The position numbers and the translations under genes are program-made. From positions 4,796 through 68,795 of the forward strand of contig JBGYAB010000022.1 in assembly GCA_041815985.1 (NCBI GenBank): DNA of 64,000 bases, in the 5' to 3' direction. A model generated the notes under the pieces. The model did no database searches and was not told the DNA's origin. It saw nothing but the letters and a program-made list of their open reading frames with translations. The stretch is from Sodaliphilus sp. GTDB taxonomy: Bacteria > Bacteroidota > Bacteroidia > Bacteroidales > Muribaculaceae. Shown here one piece after another: positions 47,973-57,232 of the stretch. Within the stretch, counting starts at the first letter, position 1, and every line of letters begins with the position of its first letter.

Positions 47973-47980
47973 TATATTTG
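47973..47980 (+). promoter_or_regulatory. candidate -7 promoter box (TATATTTG) preceded by a T12 tract
   Basis: Exact TAnnTTTG 57 nt upstream of the ATG at 48037. A T12 homopolymer at 47960-47971 fills the spacer. Confidence 0.4.
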
Positions 47981-48036
47981 GAGTTAAAATCAATGGCACA
48001 CTTTAATTTTGATTGTGCCACTTAAAAATAATTAAT

Positions 48037-49929
48037 ATGGAATCGCGTGAACAATCCCAATCGAACAAAGATTTCGAAAAGGATGTAACCCTTAATCCTG
48101 AGTCTGCAAAAGAGCAAAATACAGACTCTGCCAATCAACCTGAAGTTGCCAAGGTTGCAACTCCAGAAGTCGTTAACCCTGCCACAGAAATGGCTGAGCC
48201 TGCTCCTACTGTCGCCGAAGCCATGGTAAACTATGCTTCAATGACAAAAACAGAGCTTGTGGCCGCCCTTGAAGAGTTGAAAGAAAAGCCCATCGAAGGC
48301 GTGAAGGACGATGTTGCTCAAATCAAGTCGGCTTTCTTTGCCATTCGCAAAGAAGAACTTGCTAAAGAAAAAGAAGAGTTTTTGGCCAAAGGCAATGAAG
48401 AAGCAGCTTTTGCTGCCATGGAAGATGTCGAAGAAAACAAAATCAAAGAACTCTTGAATGAACTTAAAGAGAAAAAAGCAGAGTTCAATGCGGCTCAAGA
48501 TGCCCAACGAGCCGAAAATCTTGAAAAGAAACAAAAAATTATTGACGACATCAATACCATTGTTGCCGACCCCGATAATGTAAATCGCGAATACAACCGC
48601 ATTCAACAGTTGCAACAAGATTTTAAGGCGATAGGCGAAGTTCCTGCAACTCATGTTACCGATTTGTGGAAAAGCTATCAGTTGGCTGTTGAAAAATTCT
48701 ATGACTTGCTCAAGATGAACAAAGAGTTGCGCGACTACGACTTCAAGAAAAATCTTGAAATCAAGCAGCAATTGTGCATCGAAGCCGAGGCTCTCGACGA
48801 TGAAAATGACGTTGTGGCAGCTTTCAAGAAACTGCAAGAACTGCACAACACGTGGCGCGAAACAGGACCGGTAGCCAAAGACATTCGCGAAGAACTTTGG
48901 ACACGCTTTAAAAATGCTTCTTCGGTCATAAACAAAAAGCATCAATCGTTCTTTGAAGAACGCAAGGCCAAGGAAAAAGAAAATGCCGATGCCAAGATTG
49001 CCCTTTGTGAAAAGATTGAGACCGTTTCTACCGAAGGGCTTAAAACCTATGCCGATTGGGACGAAGCAACTAAGGGTATTATTAACCTTCAAGCCGAATG
49101 GAAAAAACTGGGTTTCACTTCACGCAAGTTGAATAGCGAGTTGTTTGCGCGTTTTCGCAAGTCGTGCGATGAGTTTTTTGCACAAAAGGCAGCTTTCTTT
49201 AAATCGATGAAAGAAGAGTTGGCAGCCAATTTGGCTAAAAAAACAGCTCTTTGTGAAAAGGCCGAAGCCTTGAAATCATCGACCGAATGGAAAAAGACAG
49301 CCGATGCTTTCGTTGCTTTGCAAAAGGAATGGAAAACAATCGGCCCGGTGGTTAAGAAACACAGTGATGCCGTGTGGAAACGCTTTATTGCCGCTTGTGA
49401 CGAATTTTTTGAAGAAAAAAAGAAACAAACAGGCAGTGTGCATGCTGTTGAGCACGAGAATTTAAAGACTAAAAAAGAGATTATCGCCAAGATTAAGGCG
49501 ATTGTCGAAGCCAATAATCCCGATGAAGGTCCGGCACAAGTCAGAGAATTGATGCAACAGTGGCAATCGGTAGGTCATGTGCCTTACAAAGAAAAAGATA
49601 AAGTCTATGCCGACTATAAGGCAGTGGTTGATCAAGCGTTTGAAGTTCTCGACATGAAGGCGACTCGGGCTCGCATGGCAAACTTTGAAACAGCCATCAA
49701 TCAAATGTCGGGTTCCGATAAGGTTTATCGTGAAAGAGAACGTCTTGTGCGTGAATATGAGCGCAAAACGCAAGAGTTGAAGACCTATGAGAATAACATG
49801 GGCTTCTTTAATGCTCAATCGAAAACGGGCAATTCACTTGTGAAGGAAATGGAACGCAAGATTGCCAACATTAAGGAAGACATCGCTGTTCTCGAACAAA
49901 AGATAAAAATGATTGACAATAAAATTTGA
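48037..49929 (+). CDS. DUF349 domain-containing protein
   Basis: The track ORF starts at a TTG at 48013. I prefer the ATG at 48037 (MESREQSQ). Repeated helical units with a conserved W...F pattern (ELWTRFKNA, ELFARFRKSCDEFF, AVWKRFIAACDEFF). Confidence 0.8.
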   Translation: MESREQSQSNKDFEKDVTLNPESAKEQNTDSANQPEVAKVATPEVVNPATEMAEPAPTVAEAMVNYASMTKTELVAALEELKEKPIEGVKDDVAQIKSAFFAIRKEELAKEKEEFLAKGNEEAAFAAMEDVEENKIKELLNELKEKKAEFNAAQDAQRAENLEKKQKIIDDINTIVADPDNVNREYNRIQQLQQDFKAIGEVPATHVTDLWKSYQLAVEKFYDLLKMNKELRDYDFKKNLEIKQQLCIEAEALDDENDVVAAFKKLQELHNTWRETGPVAKDIREELWTRFKNASSVINKKHQSFFEERKAKEKENADAKIALCEKIETVSTEGLKTYADWDEATKGIINLQAEWKKLGFTSRKLNSELFARFRKSCDEFFAQKAAFFKSMKEELAANLAKKTALCEKAEALKSSTEWKKTADAFVALQKEWKTIGPVVKKHSDAVWKRFIAACDEFFEEKKKQTGSVHAVEHENLKTKKEIIAKIKAIVEANNPDEGPAQVRELMQQWQSVGHVPYKEKDKVYADYKAVVDQAFEVLDMKATRARMANFETAINQMSGSDKVYRERERLVREYERKTQELKTYENNMGFFNAQSKTGNSLVKEMERKIANIKEDIAVLEQKIKMIDNKI

Positions 49930-49950
49930 AAATCTACATGATGAATGAGC

Positions 49951-49985
49951 ACACTCTCTGCAACACAAAAAGTTGCAGAGAGTGT
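49951..49985 (+). terminator. perfect 14-bp hairpin after the DUF349 gene (terminator-like, no U-tail)
   Basis: acactctctgcaac (49951-49964) and gttgcagagagtgt (49972-49985) with a 7-nt loop. Confidence 0.45.
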
Positions 49986-50006
49986 TGATATGTAATAAAT
50001 AGCTGA

Positions 50007-51386
50007 ATGAGGACAAAAGGAAGATATGGACCATTTCTGCGTTGGATTTTTTCAAGCGTAGATTTCCTTATTTTGAACATTGTTTATTTAATAATTTGTT
50101 TCTTCACGCCGGAGGTTGAAGGTTTTTTTAACCGCAAAGTGTGGTTGATGGCCAACATCTCATTTGTTGCTGTCAGCTATTTTTTCTCCGATATTCACTA
50201 TCGTCGGGTTGTCTATGCCGATCATGTTTTTTTGCAAGTCATCAAGGCAGTGGCTTTGCATGCAGTGCTTTTTCTTTCTCTCGAATTTTTCTTCATTGAG
50301 CTTGAAAAAACCTCGTGGATTACATTGACCAAGTTCTATGGCATGTTTTTTGTCTGTCTGTCGGCATGGTGGATTGTGTCGAGAAAAGTGTTGAAAATTT
50401 ATCGCACATCGGGACACAACTACAAGCGAGTGATCGTTATTGGCGGTGGCACGGTAGGGGTGCGACTTATTCAAGAACTGCAAGCCGACATGGGCTATGG
50501 CTATCGCATTATAGGAGTTTTTGACAATGATCGCAAAACCGGGGTCAAGAACTATAAAGGGGGACTTGACAAAGTGGCTTCGTTTTGCAAAGAGAATTTG
50601 GTTGATGAAATGTATTGTGCCATTCCCGACACCGACGACGAATGGGTGGCTACCTTGGTTAACATTGCCGATAATACGGCTGTTGATTTCTACTATGTAC
50701 CCCAATTTGGCCGACGTGTCACCCGCCGGTTTGAATTGCTTTCCATTGGCAAAGTGCCGGTTATGTCGATACGCTCCAATCCGTTAAGCAATCCTTTTAA
50801 TGCTTTGCTCAAGCGGTTGTTCGATTTGATTGTGTCTACTGTCATGTTGATTTTATCGCCAATTGTTTTAATTCCTGTTCTTATTGGCACCAAACTGTCT
50901 TCGCCGGGGCCTGTTTTTTTCAAGCAAAAGCGCACGGGATTGCGTGGAGAAGAATTTTATTGCTACAAGTTTCGCACCATGCGTGTAAACAAAGACAGCG
51001 ACACGTTGCAAGCAACCAAGAACGATCCGAGAAAAACCAAGTTTGGCAATTTCTTGCGTAAAACGAGCATCGACGAGTTGCCGCAATTCTTTAATGTGTG
51101 GAGAGGTGACATGTCTATTGTTGGGCCTCGTCCTCACATGGTGACACACACACAGGCTTATCGAGCATTGATCGACAAATATATGCTTCGTCACACCATC
51201 AAGCCCGGTATAACCGGCTGGGCACAAGTCAACGGTTTTCGGGGGCCTACCGACAAGTTGTGGAAAATGGAAAAACGCATAGAACATGATGTGTGGTATG
51301 CCGAAAACTGGAATTTCATGCTCGACATGAAAATCATTTTCCTCACGGTGTTCAATGCTCTCAAAGGCGAGAAAAACGCTTTTTAA
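50007..51386 (+). CDS. undecaprenyl-phosphate hexose-1-phosphate transferase (WcaJ/WbaP-type priming sugar transferase)
   Basis: 459 aa. N-terminal TM helices. C-terminal bacterial sugar transferase domain KRLFDLIVS...PGPVFFKQKRTG...DELPQFFNVWRGDMSIVGPRP. Confidence 0.85.
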   Translation: MRTKGRYGPFLRWIFSSVDFLILNIVYLIICFFTPEVEGFFNRKVWLMANISFVAVSYFFSDIHYRRVVYADHVFLQVIKAVALHAVLFLSLEFFFIELEKTSWITLTKFYGMFFVCLSAWWIVSRKVLKIYRTSGHNYKRVIVIGGGTVGVRLIQELQADMGYGYRIIGVFDNDRKTGVKNYKGGLDKVASFCKENLVDEMYCAIPDTDDEWVATLVNIADNTAVDFYYVPQFGRRVTRRFELLSIGKVPVMSIRSNPLSNPFNALLKRLFDLIVSTVMLILSPIVLIPVLIGTKLSSPGPVFFKQKRTGLRGEEFYCYKFRTMRVNKDSDTLQATKNDPRKTKFGNFLRKTSIDELPQFFNVWRGDMSIVGPRPHMVTHTQAYRALIDKYMLRHTIKPGITGWAQVNGFRGPTDKLWKMEKRIEHDVWYAENWNFMLDMKIIFLTVFNALKGEKNAF

Positions 51387-51401
51387 AAACTTCTCTTGTT
51401 C

Positions 51402-53249
51402 ATGGAAAACGCCCCAACAGACCTCTATTTGCGTGCTTCGGGCATTCTACGCAAGTTTTATGGCTACACCAACTTTCGCCCCATGCAATATCAAATTATT
51501 GAACATGTGATGAATGGAGGCGATGCGGTTGTGCTCATGCCCACAGGAGGAGGAAAATCGATTTGTTATCAAATTCCGGCCTTGTTGCTCCGTGGCAAGT
51601 GCACGATTGTAGTTTCGCCTTTGCTTTCTTTGATGAAAGATCAGGTTGATGCCTTGCTCTCGATGGGCATTCCTGCGGCAGCTGTGAACAGTCAGCAATC
51701 TGAAAATCAAAATCGTGAAATCATCGAAAATGCCTATAAAGGTATCATCAAGTTGATTTACATTTCACCGGAGCGACTGTTGACCGAGGTTAATGAATGG
51801 TCGCTGGCAGGAAGAATCGGACTTATTGCGATTGATGAGGCACATTGTATCTCGCAGTGGGGGCATGACTTCAGACCCGAATACACCCAACTCACGACTT
51901 TAAAGCGACTTTATCCCGATATTCCCGTTATGGCACTCACCGCTACTGCCGACCGGCTTACTCGTGACGACATTAAGAAACAACTCAACATTCCTGATGC
52001 GAAGATGTTTATCACGTCTTTTGACCGCCCAAACATTTCGCTGAATGTGCAAAGCGAAATTTCGGGACGAAAGAAAGTGAACATGATTGCCGGTTTCATT
52101 GAGCGTCATGCCGGCCAAAGTGGAATCATCTATTGCACGGCACGCAAGTCGACAGAAGCTCTTGCCTCTAAGCTGAAAGGGCTTGGAATTAATGCCGAGG
52201 CATTCCACGCAGGTTTGCCCACCGACACTAAAATCGACATTCAACAACGTTTCATCAACGATGATGTGCAGGTGATATGTGCAACCATCGCCTTTGGCAT
52301 GGGCATTGACAAAAGCAATGTGCGATGGGTCATTCACAACAACATGCCTAAAAACATCGAAGGTTATTATCAGGAAATAGGTCGTGCCGGACGCGATGGA
52401 CTGAGGGCCGATGCATTGATGTTCTATTCCTATGGCGATGTTGTCACGCTCATGAGTTTTGCCAAGGATTCGGGACAAAGTGTTGTGAACATGGAAAAAT
52501 TGCGCCGAATGCAGCAATATGCCGAGTCCACAGTTTGTCGACGTCGCATTTTGCTTAGTTATTTCAACGAACGTTATGAGCATGATTGTGGCAATTGCGA
52601 CGTGTGCAACAATCCGCCGGAACGTTTCGATGCAACTATTTTGGCACAAATGGCTTTGAGTGCGATCATGCGCACCGGTGAGCAGGCAGGAATGATTTCG
52701 ATTATCGACATTTTGCGTGGTTCAAAAAAGGCCGAACTCATTGCTGCCGGTTGGGACAAGTTGAAGACGCACGGCGTGGGACACGACCTCTCTTTTGCCA
52801 CATGGAGCAACTACATGTTGCAAATGTTGCAGTTAGGACTTTTCGACATTGCCTATCAAGAAGGAAATCACTTGAAAGTAACAAACTATGGGCGAGATGT
52901 GCTGTTCAATGGCATCAAGGTATTGCTTGCCAAATATGAATATGGCAAGCGACTTTCAAAGACAAAGGAGAAGACCAACAATGAAGTTCGCTCCGAAATG
53001 AATGCCTCTTTATTAAGCCAATTGAAAGATTTGCGCCGAGCCATTGCCAAAGCACAAGGGGTATTCCCTTACATTGTTTTCAGCGATAAGGTTTTGCATG
53101 TGATTGCCACCGAGAAACCCACAACACGCATTCAATTCGGGACGCTCTATGGAGTGGGAGAGCGCAAAACCGAACTCTATTGGCGTCAATTCACTTCGTT
53201 GATTAAGAAATGGAATGATGAGCACAACCGGCCGTCACTCGATTTTTAG
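51402..53249 (+). CDS. recQ: ATP-dependent DNA helicase RecQ
   Basis: The track ORF starts at a TTG at 51396. I prefer the ATG at 51402. FRPMQYQII, MPTGGGKS, DEAHCISQWGHDFRPEY, a zinc-binding CGNCDVC motif and a C-terminal HRDC region. Confidence 0.95.
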   Translation: MENAPTDLYLRASGILRKFYGYTNFRPMQYQIIEHVMNGGDAVVLMPTGGGKSICYQIPALLLRGKCTIVVSPLLSLMKDQVDALLSMGIPAAAVNSQQSENQNREIIENAYKGIIKLIYISPERLLTEVNEWSLAGRIGLIAIDEAHCISQWGHDFRPEYTQLTTLKRLYPDIPVMALTATADRLTRDDIKKQLNIPDAKMFITSFDRPNISLNVQSEISGRKKVNMIAGFIERHAGQSGIIYCTARKSTEALASKLKGLGINAEAFHAGLPTDTKIDIQQRFINDDVQVICATIAFGMGIDKSNVRWVIHNNMPKNIEGYYQEIGRAGRDGLRADALMFYSYGDVVTLMSFAKDSGQSVVNMEKLRRMQQYAESTVCRRRILLSYFNERYEHDCGNCDVCNNPPERFDATILAQMALSAIMRTGEQAGMISIIDILRGSKKAELIAAGWDKLKTHGVGHDLSFATWSNYMLQMLQLGLFDIAYQEGNHLKVTNYGRDVLFNGIKVLLAKYEYGKRLSKTKEKTNNEVRSEMNASLLSQLKDLRRAIAKAQGVFPYIVFSDKVLHVIATEKPTTRIQFGTLYGVGERKTELYWRQFTSLIKKWNDEHNRPSLDF

Positions 53250-53263
53250 CCTCAGTTGATCAT

Positions 53264-53464
53264 TAAACCCAAAACGGTCATTAGAGTCCGCTAAGGCTTA
53301 CAATTATTGATTCATCGTGTTGCTTCCCGACTGCTTTTGTCTGCTTGCCGGCATCTTGGTTGCCGTTTTTTCTTGACATAGCCCGCTACATCTTCAAAAA
53401 AAGCCAATCAGTTTGTTCAACATTCAAACAAAATCAATACGGATTTTAATGACCGATTGGGATT
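53264..53464 (-). mobile_element. MITE-like repeat, copy C (long form, ~199 bp, inverted relative to copy A)
   Basis: TA then AACCCAAAACGGTCATTAGAG at the left. The right end is taatgaccgattgggatt. The interior is collinear with the reverse complement of copy A, including the 76-bp module. Confidence 0.8.
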
Positions 53465-53516
53465 GAACTGCTTAGGTTTTTTGAGAGTTTTTTTACACAT
53501 ATTTAGGGAACAAAAG

Positions 53517-53556
53517 CAAGAAAGTCGCCTTGTGCAAAAGCGACTTTCTTGTTTTT
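53517..53556. terminator. bidirectional terminator between recQ and the C1 peptidase gene
   Basis: 12-bp stem caagaaagtcgc/gcgactttcttg (53517-53528 and 53540-53551). ttttt on the plus side and cttttg on the minus side. Confidence 0.7.
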
Positions 53557-53570
53557 ATGTTTGTTTAAGA

Positions 53571-54770
53571 TTAAAATCCCATTTTCTTGGCAATTGCCTT
53601 GGGTACAGCTTCTTTGTTCACGAGAATGTCCATTGTTTTTGCTTTAAAGAACGTTTCGCTCACGTAGAAGAAACCATCATAGAGTTGGTTGGTGTTCCAG
53701 CTGTTTTGAACTTTGAAATATTTGTTACCTTTTTGGTCAACAGCTTTGCCAACGATTACCATACCGTGGTCGTCGGTGGTTTCTTTGTTGTCAAACATTT
53801 CTTGGCGAATTTCTTGAGTAATTACCATTTCTTCAACGGGACCGGTGATTTTGTTCTTTTCTTCTTCTTGATCTTTGTCGCTCATTTTGGTCCAGCGATC
53901 CATGTCGCTACCCTTCAAATCGGGCACCTCTTTCTCGGCAGGAAGCACAGCATAACCTTTGCGCCACTTGAAGCCCTTTTCGCTCACATCGGCACCCCAT
54001 GCAACAGTGTAACCCTTGTCAATAGCATTGTTTACGATTTCAACAAGTTCATCGATTTTAACATTCTGATAGGTCGACCACAACCAGTTGTCGGCAACTT
54101 CGAGAATGAATGGCTTGTAGAATGGGTGATGGGTGAATGATGCGATGCCAATGTAATCGTCCATATTGAGAGGAAGAGAGGCCGCATAAGATTGTGGAGT
54201 GTAGGTTTTGCCTTCCCAAGTGAATGTTTCGGGAATTTCGCCCATGTAAGCGTCAATAATGCCTTTGTAACCTTTGAGCCATGCAGGAGTGAGTTTTTTG
54301 AGCTTTTTTTGATTGATAACACCCACGTATGCTTCGAGAGTGGCTGTTAATTCGCCGGTGTCGAACTTCTTGTCGCCATAGGTCATGCCGGTGTAAACCT
54401 CGTTGGGCATGGCACCATATTTTTCCCAAACGTATCTCACGTCTTCGGCGGCTCCGCCTTCGGCAAAGTTGATTTTGCCATCCATTCTGATGAATTTTTG
54501 AGCTTTGTCGTAGTAGCAGTGATTTACTACAAATCCTTCGCTCAAATGAAACTCTTTGCCGGTTTTACGCAAAAGTTCATTTTCAAAAAAGGTGTTGGTC
54601 GAATAGCACCAGCAAGTTCCCGATTTGTTTTGATCTTTTACCGGTGTTGTTTTCACAACTTTAATGTCTTTGAATTTGAAGCCTGTACTGTCAGGGTTCA
54701 CAACTTTGTCATCGGCCATGGCGTTGAATGTCAATCCAAATGCCAAAAGACTGCATACGAAATACTTCAT
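53571..54770 (-). CDS. C1 family cysteine peptidase (aminopeptidase C / bleomycin-hydrolase-like), secreted
   Basis: 399 aa. Signal peptide and catalytic Cys context DQNKSGTCWCYS. Confidence 0.85.
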   Translation of the reverse strand: MKYFVCSLLAFGLTFNAMADDKVVNPDSTGFKFKDIKVVKTTPVKDQNKSGTCWCYSTNTFFENELLRKTGKEFHLSEGFVVNHCYYDKAQKFIRMDGKINFAEGGAAEDVRYVWEKYGAMPNEVYTGMTYGDKKFDTGELTATLEAYVGVINQKKLKKLTPAWLKGYKGIIDAYMGEIPETFTWEGKTYTPQSYAASLPLNMDDYIGIASFTHHPFYKPFILEVADNWLWSTYQNVKIDELVEIVNNAIDKGYTVAWGADVSEKGFKWRKGYAVLPAEKEVPDLKGSDMDRWTKMSDKDQEEEKNKITGPVEEMVITQEIRQEMFDNKETTDDHGMVIVGKAVDQKGNKYFKVQNSWNTNQLYDGFFYVSETFFKAKTMDILVNKEAVPKAIAKKMGF

Positions 54771-54826
54771 GTTTCTTAAAAAAATGTATTAATGAATATT
54801 CTTGAGTATCTGTTTTATTTGGTGTG

Positions 54827-54834
54827 CAAATATA
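54827..54834 (-). promoter_or_regulatory. candidate -7 promoter box (TATATTTG) for the C1 peptidase gene
   Basis: The reverse complement of caaatata lies 57 nt upstream of the ATG at 54770. Confidence 0.4.
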
Positions 54835-55022
54835 GCAATAAACTCTAAGATTTACAACATTTTTCACGATCTCGTGCCAGCCCATTAATGCAAATGGAAT
54901 TGAAAATACTGCATGAGGCATTTTTGTATGTTCAAAAATAAAAAAATGTTTTTACTTGTTCTTTAAATGTTAATGCTAATTAATAATTGCTATTTCTTTT
55001 ATGTTTTTTGCTCGAAAAATAG

Positions 55023-55030
55023 TATTTTTG
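55023..55030 (+). promoter_or_regulatory. candidate -7 promoter box (TATTTTTG)
   Basis: Exact TAnnTTTG 45 nt upstream of the ATG at 55075. Confidence 0.4.
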
Positions 55031-55074
55031 TCATCTATATGCAATTGTATTAACAAAGTAATATTGTCATTATT

Positions 55075-55764
55075 ATGAAGAAATTTATGTGTGTTTTCCT
55101 GAGTGCCGCCATGATGCTTGGTTTCTCGGGATGTGGTTCGATGAACAATGCAACAAAGTTTGGACTGGGTGGCGGTGGCGTTGGTGCCGCTGTTGGTGCC
55201 GGAATTGGTGCATTGATTGGAAAAGGTAAAGGTGCCGCCATTGGTGCCGCCATTGGTGCCGTTGCCGGTGGAACAGCCGGAACGCTCATTGGCAAGAAAA
55301 TGGATAAACAGGCGCGTGAGTTGGCTGAAATTGAAGGTGCACAAGTCGACACTGTTACCGATCAAAACAATCTTACTGCAATTAAGGTGACATTTGATAA
55401 CGGTATTCTTTTCGGTTTCAATAAAACCAATTTGAGTGCAAGTGCAAAAACTTCTTTGAACAAGTTTGCAGCTTCTTTGAAAAACAATCCTCAAACCAAT
55501 GTGCAAATTTGGGGCTTCACCGACAATAAGGGCAGTCGCGAAGTAAACGATCGCATCAGTGCAGAGCGTGCATCGGTAGTGAAAACGTATTTGAATAATG
55601 CCGGTGTGAGCAGCAACCGCATGACAAGTGCAGGCTATGCATGGGACAATCCTGTTGCCAGCAACGACACCGAAGCCGGACGTGCTCAAAATCGTCGTGT
55701 TGAAATCTACATCACTGCCAACGAGCAGATGATTCAACAGGCCAATGCCGGAACACTCAAGTAA
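55075..55764 (+). CDS. OmpA family lipoprotein with an N-terminal glycine-zipper segment
   Basis: 229 aa. Lipobox LGFSGC, a GGGGVGAAVGAGIGALIGKGKGAAIGAAIGAVAGG glycine zipper, and a C-terminal OmpA domain (GFTDNKGSREVNDRISAERA...NRRVEIYI). Confidence 0.85.
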   Translation: MKKFMCVFLSAAMMLGFSGCGSMNNATKFGLGGGGVGAAVGAGIGALIGKGKGAAIGAAIGAVAGGTAGTLIGKKMDKQARELAEIEGAQVDTVTDQNNLTAIKVTFDNGILFGFNKTNLSASAKTSLNKFAASLKNNPQTNVQIWGFTDNKGSREVNDRISAERASVVKTYLNNAGVSSNRMTSAGYAWDNPVASNDTEAGRAQNRRVEIYITANEQMIQQANAGTLK

Positions 55765-55795
55765 TTGAGCTGACAAAGCATTAATAAAATAGACC

Positions 55796-55838
55796 ATTGC
55801 AGCCAATGATGTTTTTTTTCATTGGCTGCAATTGTTTT
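55796..55838 (+). terminator. rho-independent terminator after the OmpA lipoprotein gene
   Basis: 13-bp stem attgcagccaatg/cattggctgcaat followed by tgttttcg. Confidence 0.65.
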
Positions 55839-55903
55839 CGAGTTCTCTCTTCGATTGCACTGCAACATGTTGTGTGAACGCAAAAAAACAGTTACTTTTG
55901 CAT

Positions 55904-55978
55904 TAACCCAAATCGGGCATTAGAGATTGCACAGAAATGGTTGAGAGGGCTTTTTTGTGGTTTTCAATCGGTTGCTTC
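55904..55978 (-). repeat. MITE-like repeat, copy F (truncated half-copy)
   Basis: TA then ACCCAAATCGGGCATTAGAG, and further in ttcaatcggttgcttc (compare ttcatcgtgttgcttc in copy C). No second terminus is found. Confidence 0.55.
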
Positions 55979-56035
55979 AACTTTGGCGCATGGCCCTATA
56001 TTTCATGATGTCCATTTTTTAACAACAAGTTTCAA

Positions 56036-57232
56036 ATGATGTTTTCATGCAAAACTAAATATCTGTGTTTGAGCATTATGTGCTTTACTGCATCGTTGTT
56101 TTGTGCTATGGCACAAGATTTTACGAGTGTCGATACGCTAAAATTCTATAATGCCCTTGACTTTAAGTTAATCAACAAAGGTTTTCATGACAGTGAAACT
56201 CCTTATTTCCGCATTCCTGCCACCATTAAAGATAGTGTAAATACAACTCTTTATGAACGTTCAAAATGTACGGCCGGCGAAGGGATTAGGTTTCGCACCA
56301 ATTCGCATTGTGTAGCGGTGCGATACCGCTTGTTGACCAACATGCACATGGCTCACATGGCCGATACAGGCATCAAGGGAGCCGACCTCTACATTCTTGA
56401 TGAGGGAAAGTGGCGTTTTCTCAACTGCAACCGTCCGTGCAAAGACTCTGTTCAATGCAAAGTGTATATCGACAAGCTTGATGGCACCATGCATGAGTTC
56501 ATGCTTTATCTTCCGCTTTATGATGGCGTGAACCGAATGGAGATAGGGATTGAAAAAGACGCTGTGATTGAAATGCCCAAGATCAACAATCCGCGACAAG
56601 AAATTAGTTTTGTGTTCTATGGCACAAGCATTATGCAAGGCGGTTGTGCAACACGCCCGGGCATGGCGGCGACCAACATTCTACAACGTGAACTCAATGC
56701 CGAGTGTGTTAACCTTGGCATCAGTGGTGAAGGCAAGATGGTTTCTGCTTTGGCTCATGCTATGGCTAAGATTTCTTCCGTTAAGGCATTCATTATCGAT
56801 CCTGTCCCCAATTGCACAAAATTGCAATGCGACACTTTAACCTATAATTTTATAAAAATTCTGCGAGAGGCACGCCCAGAAGTCCCCATTTTCATGGTAG
56901 AAGGATTGATGTATTCTTATGCGAAGTACAGCAGTTATTACAATAAGTATTTGCGTCAGAAAAACTACGAATTTCACAAGAATTACTTGAAATTGAAAGC
57001 CGAAGATGCTCGTAATCTTTATTATATAGATTGCAAAAATATCTATGGGCCTGACAATGAGGGTACTGTCGATGGCATACATCTCACCGATGTGGGATTT
57101 TATTGGTATGCTCAAAAGTTGAAGCCTTATTTGCAAGCAATACTCAATGGTGCTAAGGTGCCTTTTCAAGAGAAGGTTGATTTGCCTTATCCCGAAATTC
57201 CCAATCCCGATGATTACACGTGGACAAAATAA
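56036..57232 (+). CDS. SGNH/GDSL hydrolase family protein (carbohydrate esterase-like), secreted
   Basis: 398 aa. Signal peptide. FVFYGTSIMQGG (block I Ser), NLGISGEG (block II) and DGIHLTD (block V Asp/His). Confidence 0.75.
   Translation: MMFSCKTKYLCLSIMCFTASLFCAMAQDFTSVDTLKFYNALDFKLINKGFHDSETPYFRIPATIKDSVNTTLYERSKCTAGEGIRFRTNSHCVAVRYRLLTNMHMAHMADTGIKGADLYILDEGKWRFLNCNRPCKDSVQCKVYIDKLDGTMHEFMLYLPLYDGVNRMEIGIEKDAVIEMPKINNPRQEISFVFYGTSIMQGGCATRPGMAATNILQRELNAECVNLGISGEGKMVSALAHAMAKISSVKAFIIDPVPNCTKLQCDTLTYNFIKILREARPEVPIFMVEGLMYSYAKYSSYYNKYLRQKNYEFHKNYLKLKAEDARNLYYIDCKNIYGPDNEGTVDGIHLTDVGFYWYAQKLKPYLQAILNGAKVPFQEKVDLPYPEIPNPDDYTWTK

Noticed and set aside
55231-55260. Tandem 12-nt DNA repeat ggtgccgccatt, 2.5 copies.
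   Set aside because: It lies in frame inside the glycine-zipper segment (GAAIGAAIGA) of the OmpA lipoprotein. This is a coding low-complexity repeat, not a CRISPR or VNTR-type element.
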